A stretch of 64,000 nucleotides of DNA from NCBI GenBank assembly GCA_001769035.1, contig MENF01000106.1, positions 17-64,016 on the forward strand, in the 5' to 3' direction. The notes under the pieces were generated by a model that saw only the letters and a list, made by a program, of their open reading frames with translations, did no database searches and had not been told where the DNA came from. Shown in pieces: positions 40,140 through 49,989 of the stretch. A program made the position numbers and the translations under genes. Position 1 is the first letter of the stretch, and every line of letters begins with the position of its first letter. Source of the stretch: Bacteroidetes bacterium GWA2_32_17. Lineage in GTDB: Bacteria; Bacteroidota; Bacteroidia; Bacteroidales; GWA2-32-17.

Positions 40140-42224
40140 TTGCAAAAGTTCTATTTAATTATAGCTATGGTATTTATAATTATTCCTGCTTTTTCGCAAC
40201 AAGAGCAAGCTGGTTCAAACGAAGCAATTATCGAAAAATTTATCGAAGATATCGCATCAAATACTGATAGAGAGCTTGATTACACAACATTATACGAAGA
40301 TTTAACATTCTACTTAAACGAGCAATTAAACATTAACGAAGCCACAAAACCCGATTTAGAAAAACTACAACTATTAAGCGATTTTCAAGTAAATGCTATT
40401 TTACAATATCAGAAAGATTACGGTCAGTTTTTGAGTATATATGAATTATTAAATGTTTCGGGCTTTAACGAAGAATACCTGAGAATGATTCTTCCTTTTA
40501 TTACTGTTAAAAAAATTGTTCCGATTTTAGGGTTTTCGCCTCAAAAAGCATTAAAATATGGCAGCAATAAAATATTTATGCGAACTCAAAAAGTATTGGA
40601 ACCACAAATAGGATATTCGTCAATTACTGATTCTGCTTTAGCTGCAAGTCCAAACTCAAGATATCTCGGTAGTCCTTATAAAATGCTTTTTAGATATTCT
40701 TTCACTTATAAAACAAAAATATCGTGGGGTATAACAGCCGATAAAGACCCTGGTGAAGAGTTTTTTAAAGGCAGCCAAAAAAGAGGTTTCGATTTTTATT
40801 CGGCACATTTATTATTAAAAGATATTGGACCTGTAAAAACAATTGTTTTAGGTGATTATTATGCACAATTCGGACAGGGTTTAGTAGTTTTCTCGGGATA
40901 TAACTACGGAAAATCATCTATGGTTACTTCTACACGTAAAAAAGCTCAAGGTTTAAAAAAATTTTCGGGAACAGACGAAAACTTATTTTACAGAGGTGCA
41001 GGTGCTACCTTCCGATTTGCAAAAATTGATTTTACTGCCTTTGCTTCAAAGAAAAAAATTGATGCAAATATTACAGCAATAGACTCGTTAACAGGCGAAG
41101 CCGAAGATATAAGCTCATTACAAACAAGCGGCGAACACGCATATCCTTCGGAACTTGTTGACCGTAAATCAGTTTCAGAAATGGTGCTAGGTGGTAACAT
41201 TTCTCTGAATATGGAAAAATTCAGGCTTGGACTCACTGGCATACAATATAGTTATGGAGCAAATCTTTTAAAAACACCAACTGTATATAATCAATATGAT
41301 TTTAGCGGAAGAGCAAATACAAATATTGGTGCCGATTATCAATTAATGCTCAAAGATGTTACAATTTTTGGTGAAGGTGCTTTGAGTCAAAATGGTGGTA
41401 AAGCGTTTATCAGCGGAATGTTATTTAATTTATCGTCGCAGATAAACATGGCATTAATTTATAGAAATTACGAAAGAGATTATCAAGCTAACTTTAGCAG
41501 TGCATTTGGCGAAAATTCTGTAAATGCAAACGAACATGGTTTTTATATAGGTACAACTATCTATCCTTACGCAAAATGGAGGATTGCGGGTTATTACGAT
41601 TTATTTACTTTTCCATGGTTAAAGTCTGGAGTTTACGCACCCTCAAAAGGTAGCGATTATTTAGTTGAAGTTGGATATTCACCTAACAGGCAAATAAGCT
41701 CATATATAAGGTATCGTCAAAAAATTAAACAAGAAAACATTCCTTCTACAATTCCTTCGGTAATTGATGGCATTGAAAACAATACTACAACAAAGATTCG
41801 ATTTCATATTTCATATAAAGTATCAAGAACCATTTCGCTTCAAAACCGACTCGATTGGATAACTTATCAAAAGGAACCAAACAACGAAAAAGGATTTTTA
41901 ATTTATCAGGATTTCATTTACAAACCTATAAAACTACCTTTAACTTTTTCGGCTCGTTATTGTATTTTTGATACAGATGGTTACGATTCCCGTCTTTACG
42001 AATACGAAAGTGATGTTCTTTACGCATTTTCTATCCCTGCGTATTACGACAAAGGCACACGTTTTTATTTTAACGTAAAGTATTCGGTAAATAAGAAAAT
42101 TGATTTATGGTTCAGATATGGGCAAACTTATTACTCAAATTTAAACACAATAAGTTCGGGATTAACTCAAATTGAAGGTAAAACAAAAACGGAAGTAAAA
42201 TTGCAAATAAGGATATTACTTTAG
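40140..42224 (+). CDS. Helix-hairpin-helix (ComEA-like) domain protein with a large C-terminal beta-barrel-like region
   Basis: HhH-like LEKLQLLSDFQVNAILQYQKDYG..., long beta-rich C-terminus. Start placed at TTG 40140, giving a plausible signal peptide. The longer ORF-track start reads through a repeat hairpin. Confidence 0.5.
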   Translation: MQKFYLIIAMVFIIIPAFSQQEQAGSNEAIIEKFIEDIASNTDRELDYTTLYEDLTFYLNEQLNINEATKPDLEKLQLLSDFQVNAILQYQKDYGQFLSIYELLNVSGFNEEYLRMILPFITVKKIVPILGFSPQKALKYGSNKIFMRTQKVLEPQIGYSSITDSALAASPNSRYLGSPYKMLFRYSFTYKTKISWGITADKDPGEEFFKGSQKRGFDFYSAHLLLKDIGPVKTIVLGDYYAQFGQGLVVFSGYNYGKSSMVTSTRKKAQGLKKFSGTDENLFYRGAGATFRFAKIDFTAFASKKKIDANITAIDSLTGEAEDISSLQTSGEHAYPSELVDRKSVSEMVLGGNISLNMEKFRLGLTGIQYSYGANLLKTPTVYNQYDFSGRANTNIGADYQLMLKDVTIFGEGALSQNGGKAFISGMLFNLSSQINMALIYRNYERDYQANFSSAFGENSVNANEHGFYIGTTIYPYAKWRIAGYYDLFTFPWLKSGVYAPSKGSDYLVEVGYSPNRQISSYIRYRQKIKQENIPSTIPSVIDGIENNTTTKIRFHISYKVSRTISLQNRLDWITYQKEPNNEKGFLIYQDFIYKPIKLPLTFSARYCIFDTDGYDSRLYEYESDVLYAFSIPAYYDKGTRFYFNVKYSVNKKIDLWFRYGQTYYSNLNTISSGLTQIEGKTKTEVKLQIRILL

Positions 42225-42438
42225 AGGGGTTCTAAAAATTACTCACAATATTTTTATAGTTCGACATGCTCACTACAAGTTTTTAAATGAGTTCGTGAGA
42301 ACGCTTCGCTAAGTTCATTTTTTTTGAATTAGGAATATTGATTAACGAATTTTGATTTTAGAAGTAGCTAAAATTCAACAATCTAAAATCGGTGTTCCTT
42401 GTTCTTAAATTATTTTTTCTAATTTATAGATATGCCCT

Positions 42439-43218
42439 TTAATATCTTCCAGGTAATATTGTTGTGTTAGTAGCAGGATTAATGCAAAGCACAGGAACTT
42501 TCATTCCGAATTTGCTTGCTTTTAATATAAATTCCTTAAACTGATAAGACATAATAAATATGGTGTCGGCATTAATTTCGTTAGCAAATTCGTAAATAGC
42601 ATTGTTAAATTTAGTTTCGCGCTTTGATGTTCTGATACCAAAAACAATATTTTTTTCGTCTAAAATCTGACGAATAAAACACATGTTTTTCTTCATTTTC
42701 TCATTTTTAAAATTATTGCTAATAAAAGGTTTAAGAATATTTATATTGCTGTCGAAATATTTTGAAAGTAAGACAACCCAATTTAATTGAATTCTACTTT
42801 TTTCTTCAATATCAAAAGGGACTACAATATCAACAATTTTTTCGTTTTTTGGCGGAGCCTGAACAAGATAAAATGGTACATTAGAGCCAATTATTACTTT
42901 TATTGCTCTTTTTGCACTATATAACCCCATTACAATTAAAAGAGCATTTATTTCAATTGCAGTTGCTTTTATTACTTTAAAAATATTGCCTCTTCTAACT
43001 ATTGGATAAGATTCCACCCCGTATTTTTCATGCATTTTCTTTTCAAACTCTACAAGTTTAGCCATTGATTCGGGCTGCTCGCTATCGTTTTTAATAATAT
43101 GCAATAACGAAATATTTTTTTTAATATACTTCGACATTTGTAAAGCATGCTGAAAAGCAAACTCTGAATTATCGGTAAAATCTACCGGAACAATAATTGA
43201 TTTATCAGTTAATTCCAT
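42439..43218 (-). CDS. Universal stress protein family (tandem Usp-like)
   Basis: N-terminal IIVPVDFTDNSEFAFQHAL pattern. 259 aa is consistent with two Usp-like halves. Confidence 0.5.
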   Translation of the reverse strand: MELTDKSIIVPVDFTDNSEFAFQHALQMSKYIKKNISLLHIIKNDSEQPESMAKLVEFEKKMHEKYGVESYPIVRRGNIFKVIKATAIEINALLIVMGLYSAKRAIKVIIGSNVPFYLVQAPPKNEKIVDIVVPFDIEEKSRIQLNWVVLLSKYFDSNINILKPFISNNFKNEKMKKNMCFIRQILDEKNIVFGIRTSKRETKFNNAIYEFANEINADTIFIMSYQFKEFILKASKFGMKVPVLCINPATNTTILPGRY

Positions 43219-43321
43219 TTTTTTATTGGGTTAAGTTAATATTATGGTAAACTAAAATTTCTATTATAAAATTTTATTAATAGACGTAATTTTTTTATAA
43301 ATGTTGTCTAACTAATAAAAT

Positions 43322-46300
43322 TTATTTTCCCTCTTTTTTCTTCTTTTTCATCATAAAAAAGTCGTAAGCAACTGGTGTTGCATTAAATACAGAAGAATAT
43401 GTACCTATTGTAATACCAATTAATAATGCAAAAATAAATCCTCTTAATACTTCGCCTCCAAAAATAAATATTGCAATTAATACTACTATTGTTGTTAAAG
43501 AAGTGTTTAAAGTTCTACCTAATGTGCTGTTAATAGCCGAGTTAATACTGTCTTTCATTTCCCAGCGTGGATGAATTGTTCGATATTCTCTAATTCTATC
43601 AAAAATAATTACAGTATCGTTAATCGAATACCCAATTACAGTAAGTATTGCAGCAATAAATGCCTGGTCAATATCCATATTAAAAGGTAAAATACCTGCA
43701 AATATCGAATAGAACGAAAGTACAACTAAAGTATCGTGAAATAAACTTGTTACTCCGCCAAGGCCCCATTGCCAACTGCGGAAACGAATACCTACATATA
43801 TAAATATTGCAATTAATGAGATTATTACTGCAATAACAGCAGCAATTTTAATGTCATCGGCAATTGTAGGTCCTACTTTTTGCGAACTCATTATTCCATT
43901 TGTTTTATCGGACATACTAAACTGATATGGAGTAATACTATTTTTATAAAATGATTTTAAGCCATCGTAAAGTTTAGTTTCAATTAAACTATCGGTTTTT
44001 AAATTATTTTCTTTTATTAAATATTTTGTAGTAATACGAATTTGATTCTCAGCACCAAAAGTTTTAACTTCGGGTGCTTCGCCAAATTGCTTTTGTAACG
44101 AAGCTCTTACATCATTAACTTTTACGTTCTGGTCAACTCTAACTACATAAGTACGTCCGCCAGTAAAATCAACGCTCCAGCTAAATCCTTTAGTTACCAT
44201 CGAAACAATTCCTGCACCTATTACAATAAGTGAGAACACGTACATCTTTTTTCTTAAACCAATAAAATTAATATGAGTGTTTGTAAGCAAGTTACGTGTA
44301 AATTTATTGTCGAAAGTAATATTCCAGTTTTTATTTAATGCCCATTCAAATACCAATCTCGAAATAAAAATTGCTGAGAATAATGATGTAAGAATACCTA
44401 TAATAAGTGTAGTAGCAAAACCTTGAACCGGACCAGAACCGAACATATATAATACAATACCTGTAATAATTGTTGTTACGTTACCATCAATAATTGCCGA
44501 ATAAGCATTTTTATATCCATCATGTACAGCAAGTTTAACGCCCTTGCCGGCTCTTAATTCTTCTCTAATTCGCTCATATATAATAACATTCGCATCAACT
44601 GCCATACCCATTGTTAAAACAATACCCGCAATACCAGGCAAAGTTAACACAGCACCAAGTGATGCAAGCACGCCTATTAAAAAGAAAATATTGGATAATA
44701 AAGCAATATTTGCAACTAATCCTGCCTTATTATAATAAAGCTGCATATAAATAAGTACAAGAATAAAAGCAATGATAAATGAAATTAAACCCGATTGAAT
44801 TGATTCTTGTCCTAATGATGGACCAACTATTGCTTCTTCAATAATTTGAGCAGGTGCCGGGAGTTTTCCTGATTTTAAAACATTAGCTAAATCCTGAGCT
44901 TCTTCAATTGTAAAATCTCCTGATATTGAAGAATTGCCACCTTTAATCTCCTGGTTTACAACTGGAAATGAATACACATAATTATCTAAAACAATAGCAA
45001 TTTGTTTTCCAACATTATCTGCTGTTAAACGAGCCCAAATTCTGGAACCTTCGGGGTTCATTGACATTGAAACCTCAGCATTTGATTTTGTATTACCAAA
45101 TTCAACTCTTGCACTGGTTATTGCACCTCCATCTAAAGGAGCACGATTATCGCGGCTTGTTGAACGAATTGCAATTAGTTGAAATACATTTGATTGTTTT
45201 ATTGGCTTATAAGTCCATAAAAAACGTAAGTTTGGAGGGAAAATGCTTTTTACTTGTTTTAAAGCAAGGTAACGATTTACTGTTGCAGTATCTTTGTACT
45301 GAGTTAAACCAACAACCGAGCCTTTAGCAAGCTTACGTTCATTATCAACACTTGGGTATAAAACAGCAAATAAAGGATTTTGTTTTTGAAATTGTTGAGC
45401 CGAAAGAGCTGTATCCTTTTTCGAAGAATCACCTTTCATTTCATCAAGTAATGATTTTGATGTATCTTTATTAGCAGTAATTGCTGTATCAGCTTTTTTT
45501 GTTGTATCGGCAGTTAACTCATCTAAAAGTGATGGTTTACTAATTGTATCTTTTACATCTTCTTTTCCTGCCGATTCTAATTCAGCAATTATAACATTAG
45601 CTTTTTCGAGTAATGGATAAACTTCTTCATTTTCATAAGTTTCCCAAAACTCTAAATTAGCTGTTCCTTGTAAAAGTTTACGAACACGGTCGGGGTCTTT
45701 AACACCAGGAAGTTCAATAAGAATTCTACCCGTAGTTTCGAGTTTTTGAATATTTGGTTGTGCAACACCGAATTTATCAATACGGTTACGTAAAATATTG
45801 AATGAATTATCAATAGCTCCGTCGGCTTCTTTTCTGATAATTTTTAGTACATCTTCGTTTGATGTATTAAAATTAATATTAAGATCTTTTGATATAAAAA
45901 GTGCAGCAAGTTTTGCATTTGGGTCGGTTTGTGTAAATGCTTTACCAAACAATGATATAAAATCTTCCTGACTACTTTCCTGCATTTTTTTTGCAAGTTT
46001 TAACGCTTTGTTAAATGTTGAGTCAATTGAGTAGTTTGAAAGCGAACGAATAACATCAACAACAGATACTTCTAAAGTAACATTCATACCACCTTTAAGG
46101 TCCAAGCCAAGATTTATTTCCTGACTTTGACAGTCGCGGTAAGTATATTTCTTTAACCAAAGAAAATTATAAACCGGCTCTGTTGCAATTGAATCGAGAT
46201 ATTTAGCTTCTTTTACTAAATCGCCATTACCGAAACTTCGTGCATTTTTTTCGACATGTTTTGTAACAAAAGTAAATGATAATTGATATATACAAGCTAA

Positions 46301-46345
46301 AGCAAGTGCTATCGCAAAAAATCTAATCGCTCCCTTATTCTGCAT
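43322..46345 (-). CDS. secDF: Protein translocase subunit SecDF (fused)
   Basis: 1007 aa. LGLDLKGG motif and two 6-TM blocks separated by periplasmic domains. Confidence 0.9.
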   Translation of the reverse strand: MQNKGAIRFFAIALALACIYQLSFTFVTKHVEKNARSFGNGDLVKEAKYLDSIATEPVYNFLWLKKYTYRDCQSQEINLGLDLKGGMNVTLEVSVVDVIRSLSNYSIDSTFNKALKLAKKMQESSQEDFISLFGKAFTQTDPNAKLAALFISKDLNINFNTSNEDVLKIIRKEADGAIDNSFNILRNRIDKFGVAQPNIQKLETTGRILIELPGVKDPDRVRKLLQGTANLEFWETYENEEVYPLLEKANVIIAELESAGKEDVKDTISKPSLLDELTADTTKKADTAITANKDTSKSLLDEMKGDSSKKDTALSAQQFQKQNPLFAVLYPSVDNERKLAKGSVVGLTQYKDTATVNRYLALKQVKSIFPPNLRFLWTYKPIKQSNVFQLIAIRSTSRDNRAPLDGGAITSARVEFGNTKSNAEVSMSMNPEGSRIWARLTADNVGKQIAIVLDNYVYSFPVVNQEIKGGNSSISGDFTIEEAQDLANVLKSGKLPAPAQIIEEAIVGPSLGQESIQSGLISFIIAFILVLIYMQLYYNKAGLVANIALLSNIFFLIGVLASLGAVLTLPGIAGIVLTMGMAVDANVIIYERIREELRAGKGVKLAVHDGYKNAYSAIIDGNVTTIITGIVLYMFGSGPVQGFATTLIIGILTSLFSAIFISRLVFEWALNKNWNITFDNKFTRNLLTNTHINFIGLRKKMYVFSLIVIGAGIVSMVTKGFSWSVDFTGGRTYVVRVDQNVKVNDVRASLQKQFGEAPEVKTFGAENQIRITTKYLIKENNLKTDSLIETKLYDGLKSFYKNSITPYQFSMSDKTNGIMSSQKVGPTIADDIKIAAVIAVIISLIAIFIYVGIRFRSWQWGLGGVTSLFHDTLVVLSFYSIFAGILPFNMDIDQAFIAAILTVIGYSINDTVIIFDRIREYRTIHPRWEMKDSINSAINSTLGRTLNTSLTTIVVLIAIFIFGGEVLRGFIFALLIGITIGTYSSVFNATPVAYDFFMMKKKKKEGK

Positions 46346-46497
46346 TTGATAAAAATTTTATATAATCGAACAATAAATTAATTCTTTAAAATAAACCGCA
46401 AACTTACAAGTTTTTTATAAATCCACCAAATAGAAATCTTATAATTTACGAGTTCATTTTATATACACCTATTTTATTGTAATTCTTATAATTACAA

Positions 46498-47202
46498 CTA
46501 CATTAAAATATTAAAATTATCGTTTTTAGATAATTCAAATGGCTCAACACTTCTTTTAAACAATCGAATAGTTTTATTGCCAATCAAGTTTACAGAATCA
46601 TTCTCGATTTTTAGAATACACCCTTCACGTAAACCTACAACATAAATATCCGGGTTTACTTCAATAAATTCTAAAATTCTTTGTTCGCGTGTTTCGCCAG
46701 CGTGGCCTATCGGATTTGCGTCTAAATAATGTGGGTTAATTTGAAATTTTATTAAATTAAATGCATCAAATGAAGATGGTTCAACAACAGGCATATCATT
46801 AGTGGTTTTTATTGTAGGACATGCAACATTAGAGCCGGCACTCCAACCAATATATGGAGTTCCGTTTAATACTTTTTTTCTAACTATATCTAACAACCCA
46901 AAATCCTGGATTTTTTTTAAAAGTTGAAAAGTATTTCCACCTCCAACAACAATTACATCAGCATTTTCTATTTCTTTGATTTTATCGGTAAAGTGATGAA
47001 TACTTTTAATATTATGTCCAATTTGATTAAACTTTTTTTGAACTTTTTCTTCATATTCATCATACGAAAAAGTAACAGCAGCAAAAGGAATAAAAATACA
47101 ATTTAAACATTTATTTCCTAAAAATTCTTTGATATTTGGAGTAGGATATCCTAAATATTCTTCTCCGGCATTTGTTGAATTACTAATTAATAATAGTTTC
47201 AT
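46498..47202 (-). CDS. pepE: Dipeptidase E (S51 peptidase)
   Basis: 234 aa. GGNTFQLL and GWSAGSNV motifs. Confidence 0.8.
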   Translation of the reverse strand: MKLLLISNSTNAGEEYLGYPTPNIKEFLGNKCLNCIFIPFAAVTFSYDEYEEKVQKKFNQIGHNIKSIHHFTDKIKEIENADVIVVGGGNTFQLLKKIQDFGLLDIVRKKVLNGTPYIGWSAGSNVACPTIKTTNDMPVVEPSSFDAFNLIKFQINPHYLDANPIGHAGETREQRILEFIEVNPDIYVVGLREGCILKIENDSVNLIGNKTIRLFKRSVEPFELSKNDNFNILM

Positions 47203-47323
47203 AAATTTATTTATTTGATAATATGATACTTACAATAATTATTAAAAAAATTAATGTTCAAATTTAAACCTAATTAAATAATTTACGTCAAAGCAACGAA
47301 AAACATTAAAAAAATAAATAATT

Positions 47324-47839
47324 ATGAAAAAATCAAAAAAATTAATTTCGTTGTTAATGGTTGCTTTTCTTTTTGTAGGTAGTCAATTAGTATATGCTCA
47401 ACCAAAAAGCACAGAACCGAATCCTGATAATTGCAAAAGATGTATTAACGGGATTACAGATTTAACTGATGTTCAAAAACAAAAAATTGAAGATTTAACT
47501 TTAGCTCACACTAAATCCATGACTGGTTTTAAAAATCAGATGAACGAGAAAAACGCACATTTAAAAACTTTACAATCTGCCGATAAAGCCGACATGACAG
47601 CAATTAATAAAACAATTGACGAAATATCTGCAATTAAAGGTGATATGATGAAAACTTGTGCAGCAAACAAACAAAGCATTAGAGCATTACTAACAGACAA
47701 ACAAAAAATCGTTTTTGATGCAAATGCAAATAAAGGCGGATGCTCATATAATGGAATGGGTGCAGGTAAAGGTGGAAATTGCTCAAAGAGTTGTAATCAC
47801 GGAGGCGGTAAATCGTGCTGCAAGAATAAAAAAGAATAA
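47324..47839 (+). CDS. Spy/CpxP/ZraP-family periplasmic protein with a Cys/Gly-rich tail
   Basis: Signal peptide, two LTxxQ motifs (LTDVQKQKI, LTDKQKIVF), C-terminal GGCSYNG...CSKSCNHGGGKSCC. Confidence 0.55.
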   Translation: MKKSKKLISLLMVAFLFVGSQLVYAQPKSTEPNPDNCKRCINGITDLTDVQKQKIEDLTLAHTKSMTGFKNQMNEKNAHLKTLQSADKADMTAINKTIDEISAIKGDMMKTCAANKQSIRALLTDKQKIVFDANANKGGCSYNGMGAGKGGNCSKSCNHGGGKSCCKNKKE

Positions 47840-47861
47840 AATTATTCGTTGTTAAATAAAA

Positions 47862-47890
47862 AACGCTCTGTAAACACAGGGCGTTTTTTA
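47862..47890 (+). terminator. Rho-independent terminator
   Basis: 10-bp stem aacgctctgt/acagggcgtt (one G-U pair on the + strand), loop aaac, then a T-run. Confidence 0.8.
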
Positions 47891-47926
47891 TTTAATAATA
47901 TTTGTACTTTTACATTTTAAACTACA

Positions 47927-49987
47927 ATGAATTATATAAACAAAATATTAGTTACGGTAATATTATTTGTTGGGGTTTCATTTAACTCATATTCTCAGAA
48001 AATAACTATAAAAGACCGTATTAAAGCTGAGCATATATATAATTTTGGAGTTTATATAACATGGAAAAATAAGAGTCAATTAAAAGAATCAAAAAAATTT
48101 CAAATTGGTGTATATGGCTCAGATACAACCATGTACAGTTTATTAAAGAAAATTTGCAGTTATCGTTTGTTAAAATGGAAAAAAATTGAGATTGTACGGT
48201 TTAGCAAAATTAATGAAATTAAATATGTACCAATTCTTTACATAAGCAATTCGAGTAATAACGAAGTTCCGAAAATTGACTCAGTAATCAGCCAATGGTC
48301 AACATTACTTGTAACCGATAGTTGTAACACATTTAAAGGAACAATGATTAATTTTTTTCCACGCAATGCTTTAAAAAAAGTTGAAATTAACAAAGAAAAC
48401 ATTAATGCAAGAGGAATGAAAGTTGGAGCAATGCTATACGTTGTTGCTAAAAATTACGAAGCAGACTGGGAAACGATGTTCCAAAAAAGTGAAGAAGAAT
48501 TAGCAACTGAAAAAGAAACTGTTGAACAACAAAATATAATTTTAAAAGAACAGGAGAACAAAATAAAATTAAAAGAAGAACACATATTAAAATTAAGCAA
48601 CAATATTACAGAAAAAGAAAAAGAATTAAACTTTAAACAAGATGAACTTCACATATTGCAAAATGACATATTTAATAAAAACGAAGCACTTAACTTAACA
48701 TCTGCTATACTAAAAACACAACAATTAAAATTACTAATTCAACAAAAAGATATTAAAGAAACTCAAAAACTTTTACAAAAACAAATTGATGAATACAAAA
48801 TACAAAAATCAAAAATAGATAATCAAAGAACAGAAATTTCATCACAACAAACATTAATAGACAATCAAAAATCTAAATTAAACAGAAGTATTGCTGATTT
48901 AAAAAAGCAACAACTTGTTTTGTATTTTGTTTTAATTGTTTTGATTTTGTTCGGTTTAATGAGCGTTTTGATATATAGAAGTTATAGGATTAAAAAACGA
49001 GCTAACAAACTTTTAAAGTTAAGAAACAACGAAATTTCGAGACAAAATTCAGAAATCATTCAACAAAAAGAAGAGATTGAAACCCAACGCGACGAAATTG
49101 AAGCACAACGCGATTCTTTAGCAACACAGCGAGATAAAATTTTAGTTCAAAACAAAGATATTACCGACAGCATAACTTATGCAAGTAAAATACAACAAGC
49201 CCTTTTACCTCTCAACTTATTAACAAGTCAACTTTTTAACGAGCATTTTATTTTTTATCACCCACGAGATATTGTAAGCGGCGATTTTTATTGGACCCGA
49301 AAAAAAGGTGATATAATATACCTCGCCGTTGCCGATTGCACTGGTCATGGAGTTCCCGGTGCCTTTATGAGTATGCTTGGCGTAGCTTTTCTTAACGAAA
49401 TAATTGACAGATACAATTTACTTTCATCGGGCGAATTACTTGATAATCTTCGTGAAAAAATAATTTATTCGCTTCACCAAACCGAAAGCGATGAGAGTTC
49501 TAAAGATGGTATGGATATTTCGATTATTGGGTATAATGAAAAAACCAAAATTTTACAAATCTCCGGTGCAAATAATCCTGTTTATATAGTCAGCAGTAAG
49601 CAGTCGGCAGTAGGCAGTCAGCAGCCAGCAGTAAGCAGTGAAATGCACGAACTGCCTACTACAACTGCCTCCTGCCAACTTCTTGAATTAAAAGGCGATA
49701 AAATGCCCATAGGAATATATTATGGCGAAGAAAAGCCATTTTCAACAAAAGAAATAACAATTTACAAAAATGATTATATTTACATGTTTTCCGATGGCTT
49801 TGCCGACCAGTTTGGCGGACCAGATGGTAAAAAATTCAAATACAAAGCGTTAAAAAACTTATGTTTGCAAATAAGCAATTTAAAAAGTGAAGAACAGGAA
49901 GAAATTGTAAGAAAAGCATTTTTTGATTGGAAAAGAGATTACAAACAAGTTGATGATATTTTATTAATAGGTGTTAGATTTGAGTAA
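47927..49987 (+). CDS. Membrane PP2C (SpoIIE-type) phosphatase with an N-terminal YfiR-like periplasmic domain and coiled coil
   Basis: C-terminal ...SGDFYW...VADCTGHGVPGAFMSMLG...DGMD...FSDGFADQFGG...DDILLIGVRF. Confidence 0.75.
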   Translation: MNYINKILVTVILFVGVSFNSYSQKITIKDRIKAEHIYNFGVYITWKNKSQLKESKKFQIGVYGSDTTMYSLLKKICSYRLLKWKKIEIVRFSKINEIKYVPILYISNSSNNEVPKIDSVISQWSTLLVTDSCNTFKGTMINFFPRNALKKVEINKENINARGMKVGAMLYVVAKNYEADWETMFQKSEEELATEKETVEQQNIILKEQENKIKLKEEHILKLSNNITEKEKELNFKQDELHILQNDIFNKNEALNLTSAILKTQQLKLLIQQKDIKETQKLLQKQIDEYKIQKSKIDNQRTEISSQQTLIDNQKSKLNRSIADLKKQQLVLYFVLIVLILFGLMSVLIYRSYRIKKRANKLLKLRNNEISRQNSEIIQQKEEIETQRDEIEAQRDSLATQRDKILVQNKDITDSITYASKIQQALLPLNLLTSQLFNEHFIFYHPRDIVSGDFYWTRKKGDIIYLAVADCTGHGVPGAFMSMLGVAFLNEIIDRYNLLSSGELLDNLREKIIYSLHQTESDESSKDGMDISIIGYNEKTKILQISGANNPVYIVSSKQSAVGSQQPAVSSEMHELPTTTASCQLLELKGDKMPIGIYYGEEKPFSTKEITIYKNDYIYMFSDGFADQFGGPDGKKFKYKALKNLCLQISNLKSEEQEEIVRKAFFDWKRDYKQVDDILLIGVRFE
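49589..49684 (+). repeat. G+C-richer heptamer-periodic (cagtNNN) repeat embedded in-frame in the PP2C gene
   Basis: cagtaag/cagtcgg/cagtagg/cagtcag words, inverted repeat agtaagcagt...actgcctact. The same words occur intergenically at 12054-12072. Confidence 0.75.
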
Positions 49988-49989
49988 AA